From a virus (Duplodnaviria > Caudoviricetes): a DNA stretch of 41,381 nucleotides. Position 1 is the first letter of the stretch. The number at the start of each line of letters is the position of its first letter. The stretch lies in IMG/VR virus record IMGVR_UViG_3300022178_000578, positions 1 to 41,381 of that record; one strand, given 5' to 3'. The position numbers and the translations under genes were made by a program. A model generated the notes under the pieces. That model did no database searches and was not told where the DNA came from. It saw only the letters and a list, made by a program, of their open reading frames with translations. Below are positions 8,570-17,043 of the stretch, in pieces.

Positions 8570-8640
8570 TTTTCTATACCATGTTTATTGTTACATATCT
8601 GTATGTAAGTACCATTATCTTTTTGTTTTAAATAACACAT
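8560..8640 (-). CDS. 26-aa Cys-containing peptide (not in ORF track)
   Basis: MCYLKQKDNGTYIQICNNKHGIENCS; TAATG coupling upstream; overlaps the TTG start of the DUF5675 gene. Confidence 0.55.
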   Translation of the reverse strand: MCYLKQKDNGTYIQICNNKHGIENCS

Positions 8641-8888
8641 TACTCTTCCTCTTTCCAGGCTTCGTTATCAGCCGTAGTTATATCATCTGGTACGAACTTA
8701 CCTTTCTCATCTCTTGCTCTGACTTCGCCATCTTTATTTGCATTAAGATACAGTGGTATATTTGCAGATAATCCTGTAACAATAGGTGTTTCACCATTTA
8801 ACATTACTGTTGGTGTGAAGACTTTCTTATTATCTTTTTCTATTGTTAACAGTTCTTCAATTAAATATTGTAATTTTTTGTCGGACAT
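8640..8888 (-). CDS. Hypothetical protein with RARDEKGKFVPDD...NEAW motif
   Basis: C-terminal motif recalled from small proteins of aquatic phages. Confidence 0.75.
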   Translation of the reverse strand: MSDKKLQYLIEELLTIEKDNKKVFTPTVMLNGETPIVTGLSANIPLYLNANKDGEVRARDEKGKFVPDDITTADNEAWKEEE

Positions 8889-8897
8889 ATTGTACTC

Positions 8898-9080
8898 TCA
8901 CTTTCTAAATCCTATGGTCAATAACCATATAGCTAATGTAACTATTGTAGCAAGTCCTGTGACTTGTTGTGCAGAACCAGTTAAAGTTAATGTTGCAATA
9001 ACTAAACCAACTAAAGTCCAACTAAGGTTTAATGTTTCTTTAATTGCTGCTATAAACCAGTGACCTAGTTTCTTAAACAT
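8898..9080 (-). CDS. Small two-TM membrane protein
   Basis: Two hydrophobic segments; overlaps the end of the 709-aa gene; GAGG SD. Confidence 0.8.
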   Translation of the reverse strand: MFKKLGHWFIAAIKETLNLSWTLVGLVIATLTLTGSAQQVTGLATIVTLAIWLLTIGFRK

Positions 9081-11202
9081 TTCCTCTCCTTAATACAAAA
9101 GCTGCCATGCTAACTATTCTAGTCAAAATTACTGGCACTACAACCTCTTGTGCTTTTTCCTTTTGGTCATTAGTCATGTCATCACCTATGTTTGCAATAG
9201 TTATAGCACCTAGATTATTAAAATCTACGAAGGTCTCTATAGGATTTTCTATGAATGATTCGTAAGATATCTCTGTAACGACATCAGCTAAGGTATAGTT
9301 TTCTACATCTGTGTTTTCTACAGCTCTAGCTACGTACTTTTCTACTGCCTCAGCTACAATAACATCATCTTTTATAGACTCAGCTATTAATTCTACATCC
9401 TTTGCTTCTACCTGTAGTACTTCAGCTACGACTTCTACTTGCTCTGTGGTAAGTTGTTCCACATCTGCAATAGCTTCTTCTACAACGGCTTGTACAATCT
9501 CCTGGACTTCTTCTGACGCTGACTCTAAGTTCTGTACACCAACATCATTGACTTCTTCTAGTACCTCGACAACTTCTTCTTCGGTAAGTTCTTCGACATA
9601 CTCTTGTATTGCTTCTTCTTTAGCTTCTTTATACTCTACTAACTCTTCTTCTGTAAATTCTTCTATCTCTTCTTCAGTAGCTATCTCTATCTCGATAACA
9701 ATTACTTCTTCTATCTCAGCAACTTCTACAGCTACTTCTTCTTCAGTAAGTTCTACAACTTCTTCTGTCTCAAAGATTCCTCTGCTTGTATCCTTCTCTT
9801 CAAAATCCTGTATCTGCTCAACCAAAACCTCTTCATCTTGAAGTTCATCTTCTCTATTAGTGTCATCTCCATGTAATGTTTCGACCAACTCATCTTGTAC
9901 CTCCATTAAGTCTTCTTGTATCTCCTCCTCTGTAGGGGGAAACAAATCGTTTTCTATATATATCTCTATCCAGTCTACCTCATCAATAACTATATCCTCG
10001 TCAAAGATTTCTACTTCATAGATTTCTAGGTCTATCTCTTCTAGTTCTATTAGTGTGTCAATAAACTCTCTAGCTTTTTCCTCAGATTCAAACTCAAAGA
10101 ACTCAATCTCCTGCTCATACTCCAACTCTTTAGCTTCTCTTTCCATCTCTGCTTCAAGTTCAAGCAACTCTTCTTCAGTAAGCTCAATGTATTCCTCGTC
10201 TTCCAGTTCAATGTATTCAATGTCAAGTATGTCAGCATCATCAATAAACTGTTCTTCCTCTTCGTATATATCTTCGTCAATAATTTCGATACCATAATCT
10301 TCTAGGTCTCCTCTTTCTATCTGTTCATCTGTAAGAGCTACACCATATAGTTCTTCGTTAACAGCTCTTTGATTTTCACGCTCAATAGTTCCATCTTCAA
10401 TTTCATTTTGTGTATATTCTCCTTCACTACCATCATCTAATACAACAACTATTATTTCAGTGGCTTCTCTATACTCACGCTCGTAATTAGTTTCTGATAA
10501 ACCTGTTTCTTCTGCGTTGGCTGCCATCTCATTCTCAACAGCTTGTTGGTATTCTATTTGTTGTTGCACAATAATAGCTTCTTCTTCTTCTCTTATACCC
10601 TGTTCCTCATCTGTTTCTGCTATACCATACGAAGCAAAGTTAGCATTCCTTTGTATTGTTAAAGGGTCTAAGGTAGTAGTGGTGGTAGTAGTACCATCAT
10701 ATTTTATCTCTACATTATCTAGTAAAGACCAGTCGTTGATAGTAATAACAAACTTATCTATAAATTTGTTAGCTGTATCTTGGACTGAATAAACTATATC
10801 TTCATACATAGTATTAATATCCATACCACTCTGTGCATCTATAGTATTAGTTTGTGTGGTGTCATCATTGTGTGTGTACTGTACACTACCTTGATTATTC
10901 ATAGCACCTATGGTAAAAGCTACCTCATAGACATCATGGTCTACAGGTAATACGAACTCATAATCATTAGATGCACCACCATGTTTAGAATGTTCTAGTG
11001 ACATGTGGTAATTATCCATACCACCGTATGATTCCCAGGTGTTTTCTACTCTGACTAAGTTATTATTTTCGGTAGGAGGTACAACTATATCAGTTACTTG
11101 TTCTCCATCTCCACCTTCGAATGTTTCTACTTCTGTTATCTCATCTGCAAATGCAGGTATAGGCACGGCTAAGAATAGTGCTATACATATTCTAAGTAAC
11201 AC
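9073..11202 (-). CDS. Exported, very acidic, C-terminally anchored protein
   Basis: Signal peptide ending AFA, beta-rich domain, poly-Thr linker, long Glu-rich region, C-terminal hydrophobic segment plus RR. Confidence 0.85.
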   Translation of the reverse strand: MLLRICIALFLAVPIPAFADEITEVETFEGGDGEQVTDIVVPPTENNNLVRVENTWESYGGMDNYHMSLEHSKHGGASNDYEFVLPVDHDVYEVAFTIGAMNNQGSVQYTHNDDTTQTNTIDAQSGMDINTMYEDIVYSVQDTANKFIDKFVITINDWSLLDNVEIKYDGTTTTTTTLDPLTIQRNANFASYGIAETDEEQGIREEEEAIIVQQQIEYQQAVENEMAANAEETGLSETNYEREYREATEIIVVVLDDGSEGEYTQNEIEDGTIERENQRAVNEELYGVALTDEQIERGDLEDYGIEIIDEDIYEEEEQFIDDADILDIEYIELEDEEYIELTEEELLELEAEMEREAKELEYEQEIEFFEFESEEKAREFIDTLIELEEIDLEIYEVEIFDEDIVIDEVDWIEIYIENDLFPPTEEEIQEDLMEVQDELVETLHGDDTNREDELQDEEVLVEQIQDFEEKDTSRGIFETEEVVELTEEEVAVEVAEIEEVIVIEIEIATEEEIEEFTEEELVEYKEAKEEAIQEYVEELTEEEVVEVLEEVNDVGVQNLESASEEVQEIVQAVVEEAIADVEQLTTEQVEVVAEVLQVEAKDVELIAESIKDDVIVAEAVEKYVARAVENTDVENYTLADVVTEISYESFIENPIETFVDFNNLGAITIANIGDDMTNDQKEKAQEVVVPVILTRIVSMAAFVLRRGNV

Positions 11203-11205
11203 TGA

Positions 11206-11262
11206 TTAAACAGTGCCACAGCAGCCACCACCACAACAGCCATCGCCATTATATTTAGCCAT
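11206..11262 (-). CDS. 18-aa CCGGGCC peptide (not in ORF track)
   Basis: AAGGAG SD; MAKYNGDGCCGGGCCGTV; stop lies 3 nt before the GTG of the 709-aa gene. Confidence 0.65.
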   Translation of the reverse strand: MAKYNGDGCCGGGCCGTV

Positions 11263-11270
11263 CATACTCC

Positions 11271-11438
11271 TTACATACTCAAGCTGCCAACAATCAATAT
11301 GACTGTGGCAACTAATCCTAATACTTTATAAAATTCTGATTTATCTAACTTCTCATCTAGCTTTTTATCTATGTCATCTAATTTATCAAATATCATTTGG
11401 TTCAGTTCTTTCTGTGTAAAGCCATTGGAAGTTGTCAT
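11271..11438 (-). CDS. 55-aa coiled-coil plus C-terminal TM protein (not in ORF track)
   Basis: MTTSNGFTQKELNQMIFDKLDDIDKKLDEKLDKSEFYKVLGLVATVILIVGSLSM; TAATG coupled. Confidence 0.8.
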   Translation of the reverse strand: MTTSNGFTQKELNQMIFDKLDDIDKKLDEKLDKSEFYKVLGLVATVILIVGSLSM

Positions 11439-11572
11439 TATGGAAGGTCATCATGGGATAACATATCCCAGTCCTCATCTAAGAAAATAGTTTCAGATGT
11501 GCTTATATACTTAATTAAATTGTATATTTCTTTGCAACAATATCCTATTATAAATCCAATTAAATAATCCAT
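11438..11572 (-). CDS. 44-aa protein with hydrophobic N-terminus (not in ORF track)
   Basis: MDYLIGFIIGYCCKEIYNLIKYISTSETIFLDEDWDMLSHDDLP; apparently leaderless. Confidence 0.75.
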   Translation of the reverse strand: MDYLIGFIIGYCCKEIYNLIKYISTSETIFLDEDWDMLSHDDLP

Positions 11573-11579
11573 AGACTGG

Positions 11580-11588
11580 ATTATAACA
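11580..11588 (-). promoter_or_regulatory. Extended -10 promoter of the membrane/lysis operon
   Basis: TGTTATAAT, 7 nt before ATG 11572, no SD. Confidence 0.75.
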
Positions 11589-11593
11589 TAGAT

Positions 11594-11932
11594 TTATGAA
11601 GGTTTAGGATTATCGTCTTTAACTTTTTTTACAGCCTTGTACCACTCACCAGTTTTGTCGCCTTTGTCTGCTGTCATGTCGTGGTATAACAAGTCAAGTT
11701 GTTCTCCAATAGCACCATAAGATTCTTGTCTAGCTTTCTTATAGTCATTGTCTTGTGAGTCTAACTTACTAGCAGCTAAGTCAGTTACAGCTTGTGCATA
11801 CTCTGCATCTGTAAATTCTCTAACTACATTGTTAACTTGGGCTTTCATACCTGCACCACCGTTAGCAGTTTTCTTTGCGTCAATCTCTGTCTGAGCTTCA
11901 GCTGTAAATTGTTCTAATGTTTTTATCGCCAT
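11594..11932 (-). CDS. Tail-fibre-associated protein (assembly chaperone-like)
   Basis: RQESYGAIGEQLDLLYHD...W...VKDDNPKP, a motif typical downstream of fibre genes; AGGAG SD. Confidence 0.7.
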   Translation of the reverse strand: MAIKTLEQFTAEAQTEIDAKKTANGGAGMKAQVNNVVREFTDAEYAQAVTDLAASKLDSQDNDYKKARQESYGAIGEQLDLLYHDMTADKGDKTGEWYKAVKKVKDDNPKPS

Positions 11933-11943
11933 ATCTATCTCCT

Positions 11944-11952
11944 ATATTAGCA
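11944..11952 (-). promoter_or_regulatory. Possible extended -10 promoter
   Basis: TGCTAATAT in a short intergenic gap, but very close to the SD. Confidence 0.4.
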
Positions 11953-11968
11953 TACTATATTTATATTA

Positions 11969-12487
11969 CTACTTCTTCAAACCATATAAAGTTAATGTTC
12001 CACCATCAATGTTTCCACCTGTGCTTAAAAATACATTTATTCCATCACTTGCACTTGCAACTGTATGAACTCCACCATTTTGATTACCTCTAAAATCTAC
12101 TGTTGTATCAGAAGTAGTTGCTTCAAAAGTAGCAAAACTATATTCACTTGCATCAGCAAAATTAAACAAGTATGCAGTTAAATTAAAAACTGAGCCACTT
12201 GTAGTTCCTATAGCATTGAAACCCCACTCTGTATCATTGGTATCTGCATTATTTGCAAAAGCATTGTATGCTTTTAATTGTTTTCCAGCTTCATCATATT
12301 CACTATCTGTTTGTGCAGTACCACTTTTAGTAACTCTTATTTGTACTGTTGAAGAATCTGTAGCAGCTTCTAATCCACTAATTATTAATTTATAAACATC
12401 ATAAGTGCTATCAATCCCAACTAAAGATACAGAACTTACTCCAGAACTAACTGTTGTTTGTGCTATTCTTATTAAGCTAGCTGCCAT
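11969..12487 (-). CDS. Putative receptor-binding/tail-tip beta protein, type C copy 2
   Basis: Paralog of 13639..14148 (TVS..VSSVS..GI, VTKS, GG.HTV); ends LYGLKK. Confidence 0.75.
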   Translation of the reverse strand: MAASLIRIAQTTVSSGVSSVSLVGIDSTYDVYKLIISGLEAATDSSTVQIRVTKSGTAQTDSEYDEAGKQLKAYNAFANNADTNDTEWGFNAIGTTSGSVFNLTAYLFNFADASEYSFATFEATTSDTTVDFRGNQNGGVHTVASASDGINVFLSTGGNIDGGTLTLYGLKK

Positions 12488-13005
12488 TATTTAACTCCAT
12501 AAGTTGTAACATTTATATAATTGTGTGTTTGTCCACTAGAGTTTGTAACTCTCATTCCACCAATGCTTTGTGTACTTTTATAAACAGCTATCGCTTTAGT
12601 TCCAAATAAATTTCCATTACTTATTGAGCCATTTTGGGCTTGTCCAATTGTGTATGTATCATCTGCAAAAGGATTAAAAACATTTAAAGTAAATCCATAT
12701 CCATCTCCATCATCTAAATATCCACCAATACCACGCCAACCTACGCCACCATTTTGGTTAACAAATCTATACTCTTGAAAAGATGCATCACTTTTTAAAT
12801 CTAAAGAAGCCATATCATATTTACTTTCATTAGCTAAACTATCATCTGCTTGAAGTAATCTAATTTCAAAATATCCTGCACCATCCATATCTGTTGAAAT
12901 ATGCACTTGGTAAGCATCATATTTAGCAGTAAAAACACCTGTAACATCTAATGTAGTTACTAAAGTTGCTTTTGTTTGATTTATAAATTCTAAATTAGTA
13001 GCCAT
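12487..13005 (-). CDS. Putative receptor-binding/tail-tip beta protein, type B copy 2
   Basis: Paralog of 14148..14681 (NL.FIN.T, VF.A..D.Y, FNPF). Confidence 0.75.
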   Translation of the reverse strand: MATNLEFINQTKATLVTTLDVTGVFTAKYDAYQVHISTDMDGAGYFEIRLLQADDSLANESKYDMASLDLKSDASFQEYRFVNQNGGVGWRGIGGYLDDGDGYGFTLNVFNPFADDTYTIGQAQNGSISNGNLFGTKAIAVYKSTQSIGGMRVTNSSGQTHNYINVTTYGVK

Positions 13006-13634
13006 TATTCATACGCCTTTATGCCATATAGAGAAAATGTACCGTGTTCTAAATTGCCGTCTGAACTTGAAAACTCTATACCATTAACAACATTTGCTAT
13101 ATCATAAACACCACTTTGAAAATTACTATCTATACCTATTCCAAAATGTAAATTTTGAGAAGTTACAAAAGTATATTTTGTACTGTCTCCTGCATTGTAA
13201 ATGTAAAAGTAGCCATTTAAACCTTCTCTATTTGTACCAACATTGTATGCTAACCAAATTTTACTATCATTAGTAGACTTAACTTCTGAGCCACCTGTAT
13301 TATTTCTTTGCATAGCATATTGATAATTAGATGCAGTATCAGTACTACCACCTGTTTTAAATCTAAGCATAATGTGTCTATCATCTGTTTGTGGTTTGTT
13401 ATTTGTAATAGTCATAAAATGAACATTGTATTCACTTTCTTTTATGCTATCAAAAGAGAATGTACTTGGTGTACCAGTTATAGTTTTAGTTTCAATTAAT
13501 TCTAATTGTCCTAGCGTTAATATCTTTTCATCTTCTACTAACTCTTTATGTTCATTAACACTAAACACACCTGAGTTATTTAACACTGCTTGTGTTGGTT
13601 TAGCTGTACCTATATATCCAAATTCATTACTCAT
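13005..13634 (-). CDS. Putative receptor-binding/tail-tip beta protein, type A copy 2
   Basis: Paralog of 14678..15310 (GY.GTA, NSGVFSV, LELI, IKESEY.VH, YN.G.S.KY). Confidence 0.75.
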   Translation of the reverse strand: MSNEFGYIGTAKPTQAVLNNSGVFSVNEHKELVEDEKILTLGQLELIETKTITGTPSTFSFDSIKESEYNVHFMTITNNKPQTDDRHIMLRFKTGGSTDTASNYQYAMQRNNTGGSEVKSTNDSKIWLAYNVGTNREGLNGYFYIYNAGDSTKYTFVTSQNLHFGIGIDSNFQSGVYDIANVVNGIEFSSSDGNLEHGTFSLYGIKAYE

Positions 13635-13638
13635 AATT

Positions 13639-14148
13639 CTATGTTACCTTGTACAATGTAAATGTTCCTGTTGTTATGTTGCCTGCGTGATATTTAAATA
13701 ATAATCCATTACAACTTTGTGTAACTGTATGAACTAATCCACCTGTATTTCCAACTAACTCTGCTTGAAAATCAAAAGTAGTTGGCTCATAGGTAAAGCT
13801 TGAAAACTTTGAACTATTATTAAAGTTATAACAATAAATTATATAATTAGCCATTTCCCCTGTAGCTGTTCCACCATTACCAAGTGTTGGTGCAGTATCA
13901 TTTACAGCTCCTGTATTCCCAAAAGAACTTCCTGCTCTTATTTTTTTATAAGCATAATCATAATTAGCAGAACTATCAGCAGAGTTATCACTTGACTTAG
14001 TAACTTGTATATTTAAGTTTGTTATATCACTTGAACTTTTCATACCACTTACTGCAACCATATAAACATCATCAGTTGTAATTCCTAAAATACTAACTGA
14101 ACTAACTGCATCTGATACTGTACTTGTTGCTACTTGTGTTAATCCCAT
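13639..14148 (-). CDS. Putative receptor-binding/tail-tip beta protein, type C copy 1
   Basis: Ser/Thr-rich beta protein, ends GTFTLYKVT. Confidence 0.75.
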   Translation of the reverse strand: MGLTQVATSTVSDAVSSVSILGITTDDVYMVAVSGMKSSSDITNLNIQVTKSSDNSADSSANYDYAYKKIRAGSSFGNTGAVNDTAPTLGNGGTATGEMANYIIYCYNFNNSSKFSSFTYEPTTFDFQAELVGNTGGLVHTVTQSCNGLLFKYHAGNITTGTFTLYKVT

Positions 14149-14681
14149 TAGTTTACAGCCAACCCATATACTCTGATAGTACCACCTGCAAAAGGTCTTG
14201 AACCAGTATTATCTTTAACTTGAAAACCTGAAATACTTGAAGTTTGTTTTAAAACACCTATACCTTTCATAGAAATCTTTAAAGTTGCCGAAGCCACCAT
14301 ACTTTGATACAAAGCAAAAGTATAACTTGAACTTGAAAAAGGATTAAATATATATGAAACTTGTCCATTTTCTTCAGGTGCTTGGTCAACACTTTCCCCA
14401 AAAAACCTATAAAATTCATCTTCATCAGTATTTCTTTGTTCAGTCATTGCTGCATCTGCTCTCATTATTTGGTGTGCATAATCATAATTACTAGCAAGAA
14501 TAAGACTACCACTTGAATTAATAAATCTAAGGTCTGGGTCTGTTTGTGTAGTGCCAACTGTTGAAATACCATTTGAAGTAATTTTATAAATATCAAAATC
14601 TGCAGAAAATACATTTTCAATATTTACTGTTGATACACCACTTGTTATTGTTGTTTCATTAATAAATCTTAGGTTACTCAT
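14148..14681 (-). CDS. Putative receptor-binding/tail-tip beta protein, type B copy 1
   Basis: Starts MSNLRFINET, ends GTIRVYGLAVN. Confidence 0.75.
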   Translation of the reverse strand: MSNLRFINETTITSGVSTVNIENVFSADFDIYKITSNGISTVGTTQTDPDLRFINSSGSLILASNYDYAHQIMRADAAMTEQRNTDEDEFYRFFGESVDQAPEENGQVSYIFNPFSSSSYTFALYQSMVASATLKISMKGIGVLKQTSSISGFQVKDNTGSRPFAGGTIRVYGLAVN

Positions 14682-15310
14682 ATCTGTTTTACTCCATAGA
14701 GTTTAATATTAAAACCTGCATAATCGCCTGTACTTTTTAGAACTCTAATTCCATCAACAACACTTGCTTGTGGTAAAATTGCACCACCAATAGAAGTCCA
14801 AATTTTTCCATCATTATTTAAACCAACAAATTGTCCTGTCAGATAACTATATTTAGATGAATTACCTAAATTGTAAAAATAAAAATAGCCTTCCTCTTGT
14901 TCGCCTGTATCGTTTCCTGCACCAAAATTTAAATTTATTTTATCAGCTGAAGTTGACTTCCGATTATAATTTTCTAAACCTGAAATAGCTGAAACATTAT
15001 TAGCTCCTATTTGATAAACACCTGCAGTTTCCAATGTACCACTTTCAAATAATTGTATATTACACGACTCTTGATTATCTGCTGCTGATTTCATATTAGA
15101 CAAAGTCATATAGTGTACATCATATTCACTTTCTTTTATGTCTGTAAAATCAACTACTGCAACTGTACTTGAAAATGTTTGTTCTTGTATAAGTTCTAAT
15201 GAGCCACCGTAGTGACCCTTAGCTTCTAATTCATTTATATCAGATACAGAAAATACACCACTGTTACTCTTTATTTGATTAGGAGCAGTACCTAAATATC
15301 CATAAGGCAT
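14678..15310 (-). CDS. Putative receptor-binding/tail-tip beta protein, type A copy 1
   Basis: About 35-aa N-terminal arm plus the shared domain, ends LYGVKQI. Confidence 0.75.
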   Translation of the reverse strand: MPYGYLGTAPNQIKSNSGVFSVSDINELEAKGHYGGSLELIQEQTFSSTVAVVDFTDIKESEYDVHYMTLSNMKSAADNQESCNIQLFESGTLETAGVYQIGANNVSAISGLENYNRKSTSADKINLNFGAGNDTGEQEEGYFYFYNLGNSSKYSYLTGQFVGLNNDGKIWTSIGGAILPQASVVDGIRVLKSTGDYAGFNIKLYGVKQI

Positions 15311-15319
15311 AATCTACTC

Positions 15320-15652
15320 CTAGTCTGTTATTTCAAGATAACTTGCAAAAAATTCTATGTCTGAAGTTGCTGATGCTAACACCTGAATTTTATCAGTTGC
15401 CATAAGCACTAACTTAGAAGTACCTGCTAACTCAATCGAGCTATCTGCAGGAACTGTCATAGTCTTAGCTATGTAAGCATCTCCTGATGAACCGTCTACT
15501 ACTCTAACATCTACCGTAGCATCGTTAGTTCCATCAACATTAGTAGCTCTCAATGAGAGAACTATAGCTTCATGGTTCGCATCCAATGCAGGTATTAAAT
15601 CAGCTAGTGATGTTGTTCCATCATGATAAGCATTCTTAAATACATTTGCCAT
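15320..15652 (-). CDS. Small tail/fibre connector-like beta-sandwich protein
   Basis: MANVFKN...TNVDG...VPADSS...DKIQV...SYLEI; a type usually found after fibres ending in ALG. Confidence 0.7.
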   Translation of the reverse strand: MANVFKNAYHDGTTSLADLIPALDANHEAIVLSLRATNVDGTNDATVDVRVVDGSSGDAYIAKTMTVPADSSIELAGTSKLVLMATDKIQVLASATSDIEFFASYLEITD

Positions 15653-15663
15653 ATTTTATTCCT

Positions 15664-16761
15664 CTATCCTAGTGCCACTATCAGACCTACATCTGCTAGA
15701 CCACTTGTCTTACTATCTACATACGCTTTGATTGACTGTTGCGTAGCTAAATGTGCAGCACTGTTGCTACTCATATCGTCTTCGTCTTGAACAGGAACTA
15801 CAAAATCTAAGTTCCCATCTGTGTCATCATAGGATACAGATATAAATGTTTCTGTACCATCTAGCATACCACCAACGAAGTCTTCTACTTGTTCTTGTGA
15901 AAGTTGTGTATTGTCGTTAGCAGTCATATCTGTGACTACTAAGTCAATAGTTCCGTCTCCGTCTTCATAAGTAGCAGCAATTCTAGTTTCAGTATTGCTA
16001 GTAAACATAGCTCCAACTATGTCTTGTACTGCTTCAGAAGTAAGTTGTGTGTTAGCAGTCATGTCATCTGCAACTAAATCTATAGTTCCATCATCATCTT
16101 GATATGTTGCACTAATTCTTGTTTCTGTGTTACTTGTGAACATAGCACCGACTATATCTTGTACAGCCTCTGTAGTTAGGGTTGTATCAGTAGATACTAA
16201 GTCTATAGTGCCGTCACTATCTTCATAAGTAGCAGAGATATTTGTCTCTGTATTGCTTGTGAACATTGCACCAACAATGTCCTGGACTGCTTCAGAAGTA
16301 AGTTGTGTATCGGCAGTCATATCTGTAACAACTAGGTCAATAGTTCCATCTGAGTCTTCGTAGGTAGCAGCGATTCTAGTCTCTGTGTTACTAGTAAACA
16401 TAGCTCCTACAATGTCTTGAACAGCTTCTGTTGTTAAAGTTGTATCAGTAGAAACTAAATCTATAGTTCCATCTCCGTCTTGATAAGTAGCAGATATATT
16501 TGTTTCTGTGTTAGAACTAAACATAGCTCCAACAATATCTTGTATAGATTCAACATTTAAATCTACCCAAGCAGAACCGTTATAAAATTCTAATGCTGCA
16601 AGTGTTGAGTTATAAGCTATTTCACCAGTACTTGGTGAACCATTTCGTTGTGCTGTTGTATGTGTAGGTATTAATAAACCTGCGTTAGAACCATCAGGAA
16701 ACTCTCTTAATCCATCTGTATCAGAACCTGTACTGGTTACATGTATTGGTCTCTCTGCCAT
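15664..16761 (-). CDS. Tail fibre with tandem repeats
   Basis: N-terminal PTHTTAQRNGSPSTGEIAYN...YNGSAW motif, QDIVGAMF repeats, C-terminal TQQSIKAYVD...ALG. Confidence 0.85.
   Translation of the reverse strand: MAERPIHVTSTGSDTDGLREFPDGSNAGLLIPTHTTAQRNGSPSTGEIAYNSTLAALEFYNGSAWVDLNVESIQDIVGAMFSSNTETNISATYQDGDGTIDLVSTDTTLTTEAVQDIVGAMFTSNTETRIAATYEDSDGTIDLVVTDMTADTQLTSEAVQDIVGAMFTSNTETNISATYEDSDGTIDLVSTDTTLTTEAVQDIVGAMFTSNTETRISATYQDDDGTIDLVADDMTANTQLTSEAVQDIVGAMFTSNTETRIAATYEDGDGTIDLVVTDMTANDNTQLSQEQVEDFVGGMLDGTETFISVSYDDTDGNLDFVVPVQDEDDMSSNSAAHLATQQSIKAYVDSKTSGLADVGLIVALG
15800..16552 (-). repeat. Intragenic tandem repeat: five conserved units plus one degenerate unit
   Basis: The Met codon of GAMF lies at 16522, 16399, 16264, 16141 and 16006, giving spacings of 123/135/123/135 bp. 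Confidence 0.95.
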
Positions 16762-16775
16762 TTAACTATTCCTCA

Positions 16776-17042
16776 TTATATTAGATTGATATTATCTACT
16801 GTACCATCAGCTTTAGTAAATTTCAATAAGCTGTTGATAACAGAAATATCATCCTGCGTACCATTATACTCTAAAAATGTCAGTGTGCTGTTAGCTATAG
16901 TAATATTATCTTGCGTTCCATTAAATTCTACAAACTTTAAAAAGTCTAATAAATCTACATCTTCATCTACTGTATATGATTGTGTAAATCTTTTATCTAT
17001 TGCTAAAGAGCCACCCTCTTTAAGCATAAGTAACACACCCAT
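16776..17042 (-). CDS. Small tail protein with internal repeats
   Basis: Three L.F....GT.D.I repeats; GGAGG SD. Confidence 0.75.
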   Translation of the reverse strand: MGVLLMLKEGGSLAIDKRFTQSYTVDEDVDLLDFLKFVEFNGTQDNITIANSTLTFLEYNGTQDDISVINSLLKFTKADGTVDNINLI

Positions 17043-17043
17043 G

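Noticed and set aside
9311-10792. Ser-rich plus-strand ORFs and alternate-frame ORF 10050..10295
   Set aside because: Shadows of the Glu-rich 709-aa gene. The other antisense ORFs inside long genes are rejected for the same reason.
11969-15310. Diversity-generating retroelement or invertible shufflon acting on the tail-tip paralogs
   Set aside because: No reverse transcriptase or recombinase, no near-identical template/variable repeat pair noticed, and all genes are co-oriented.
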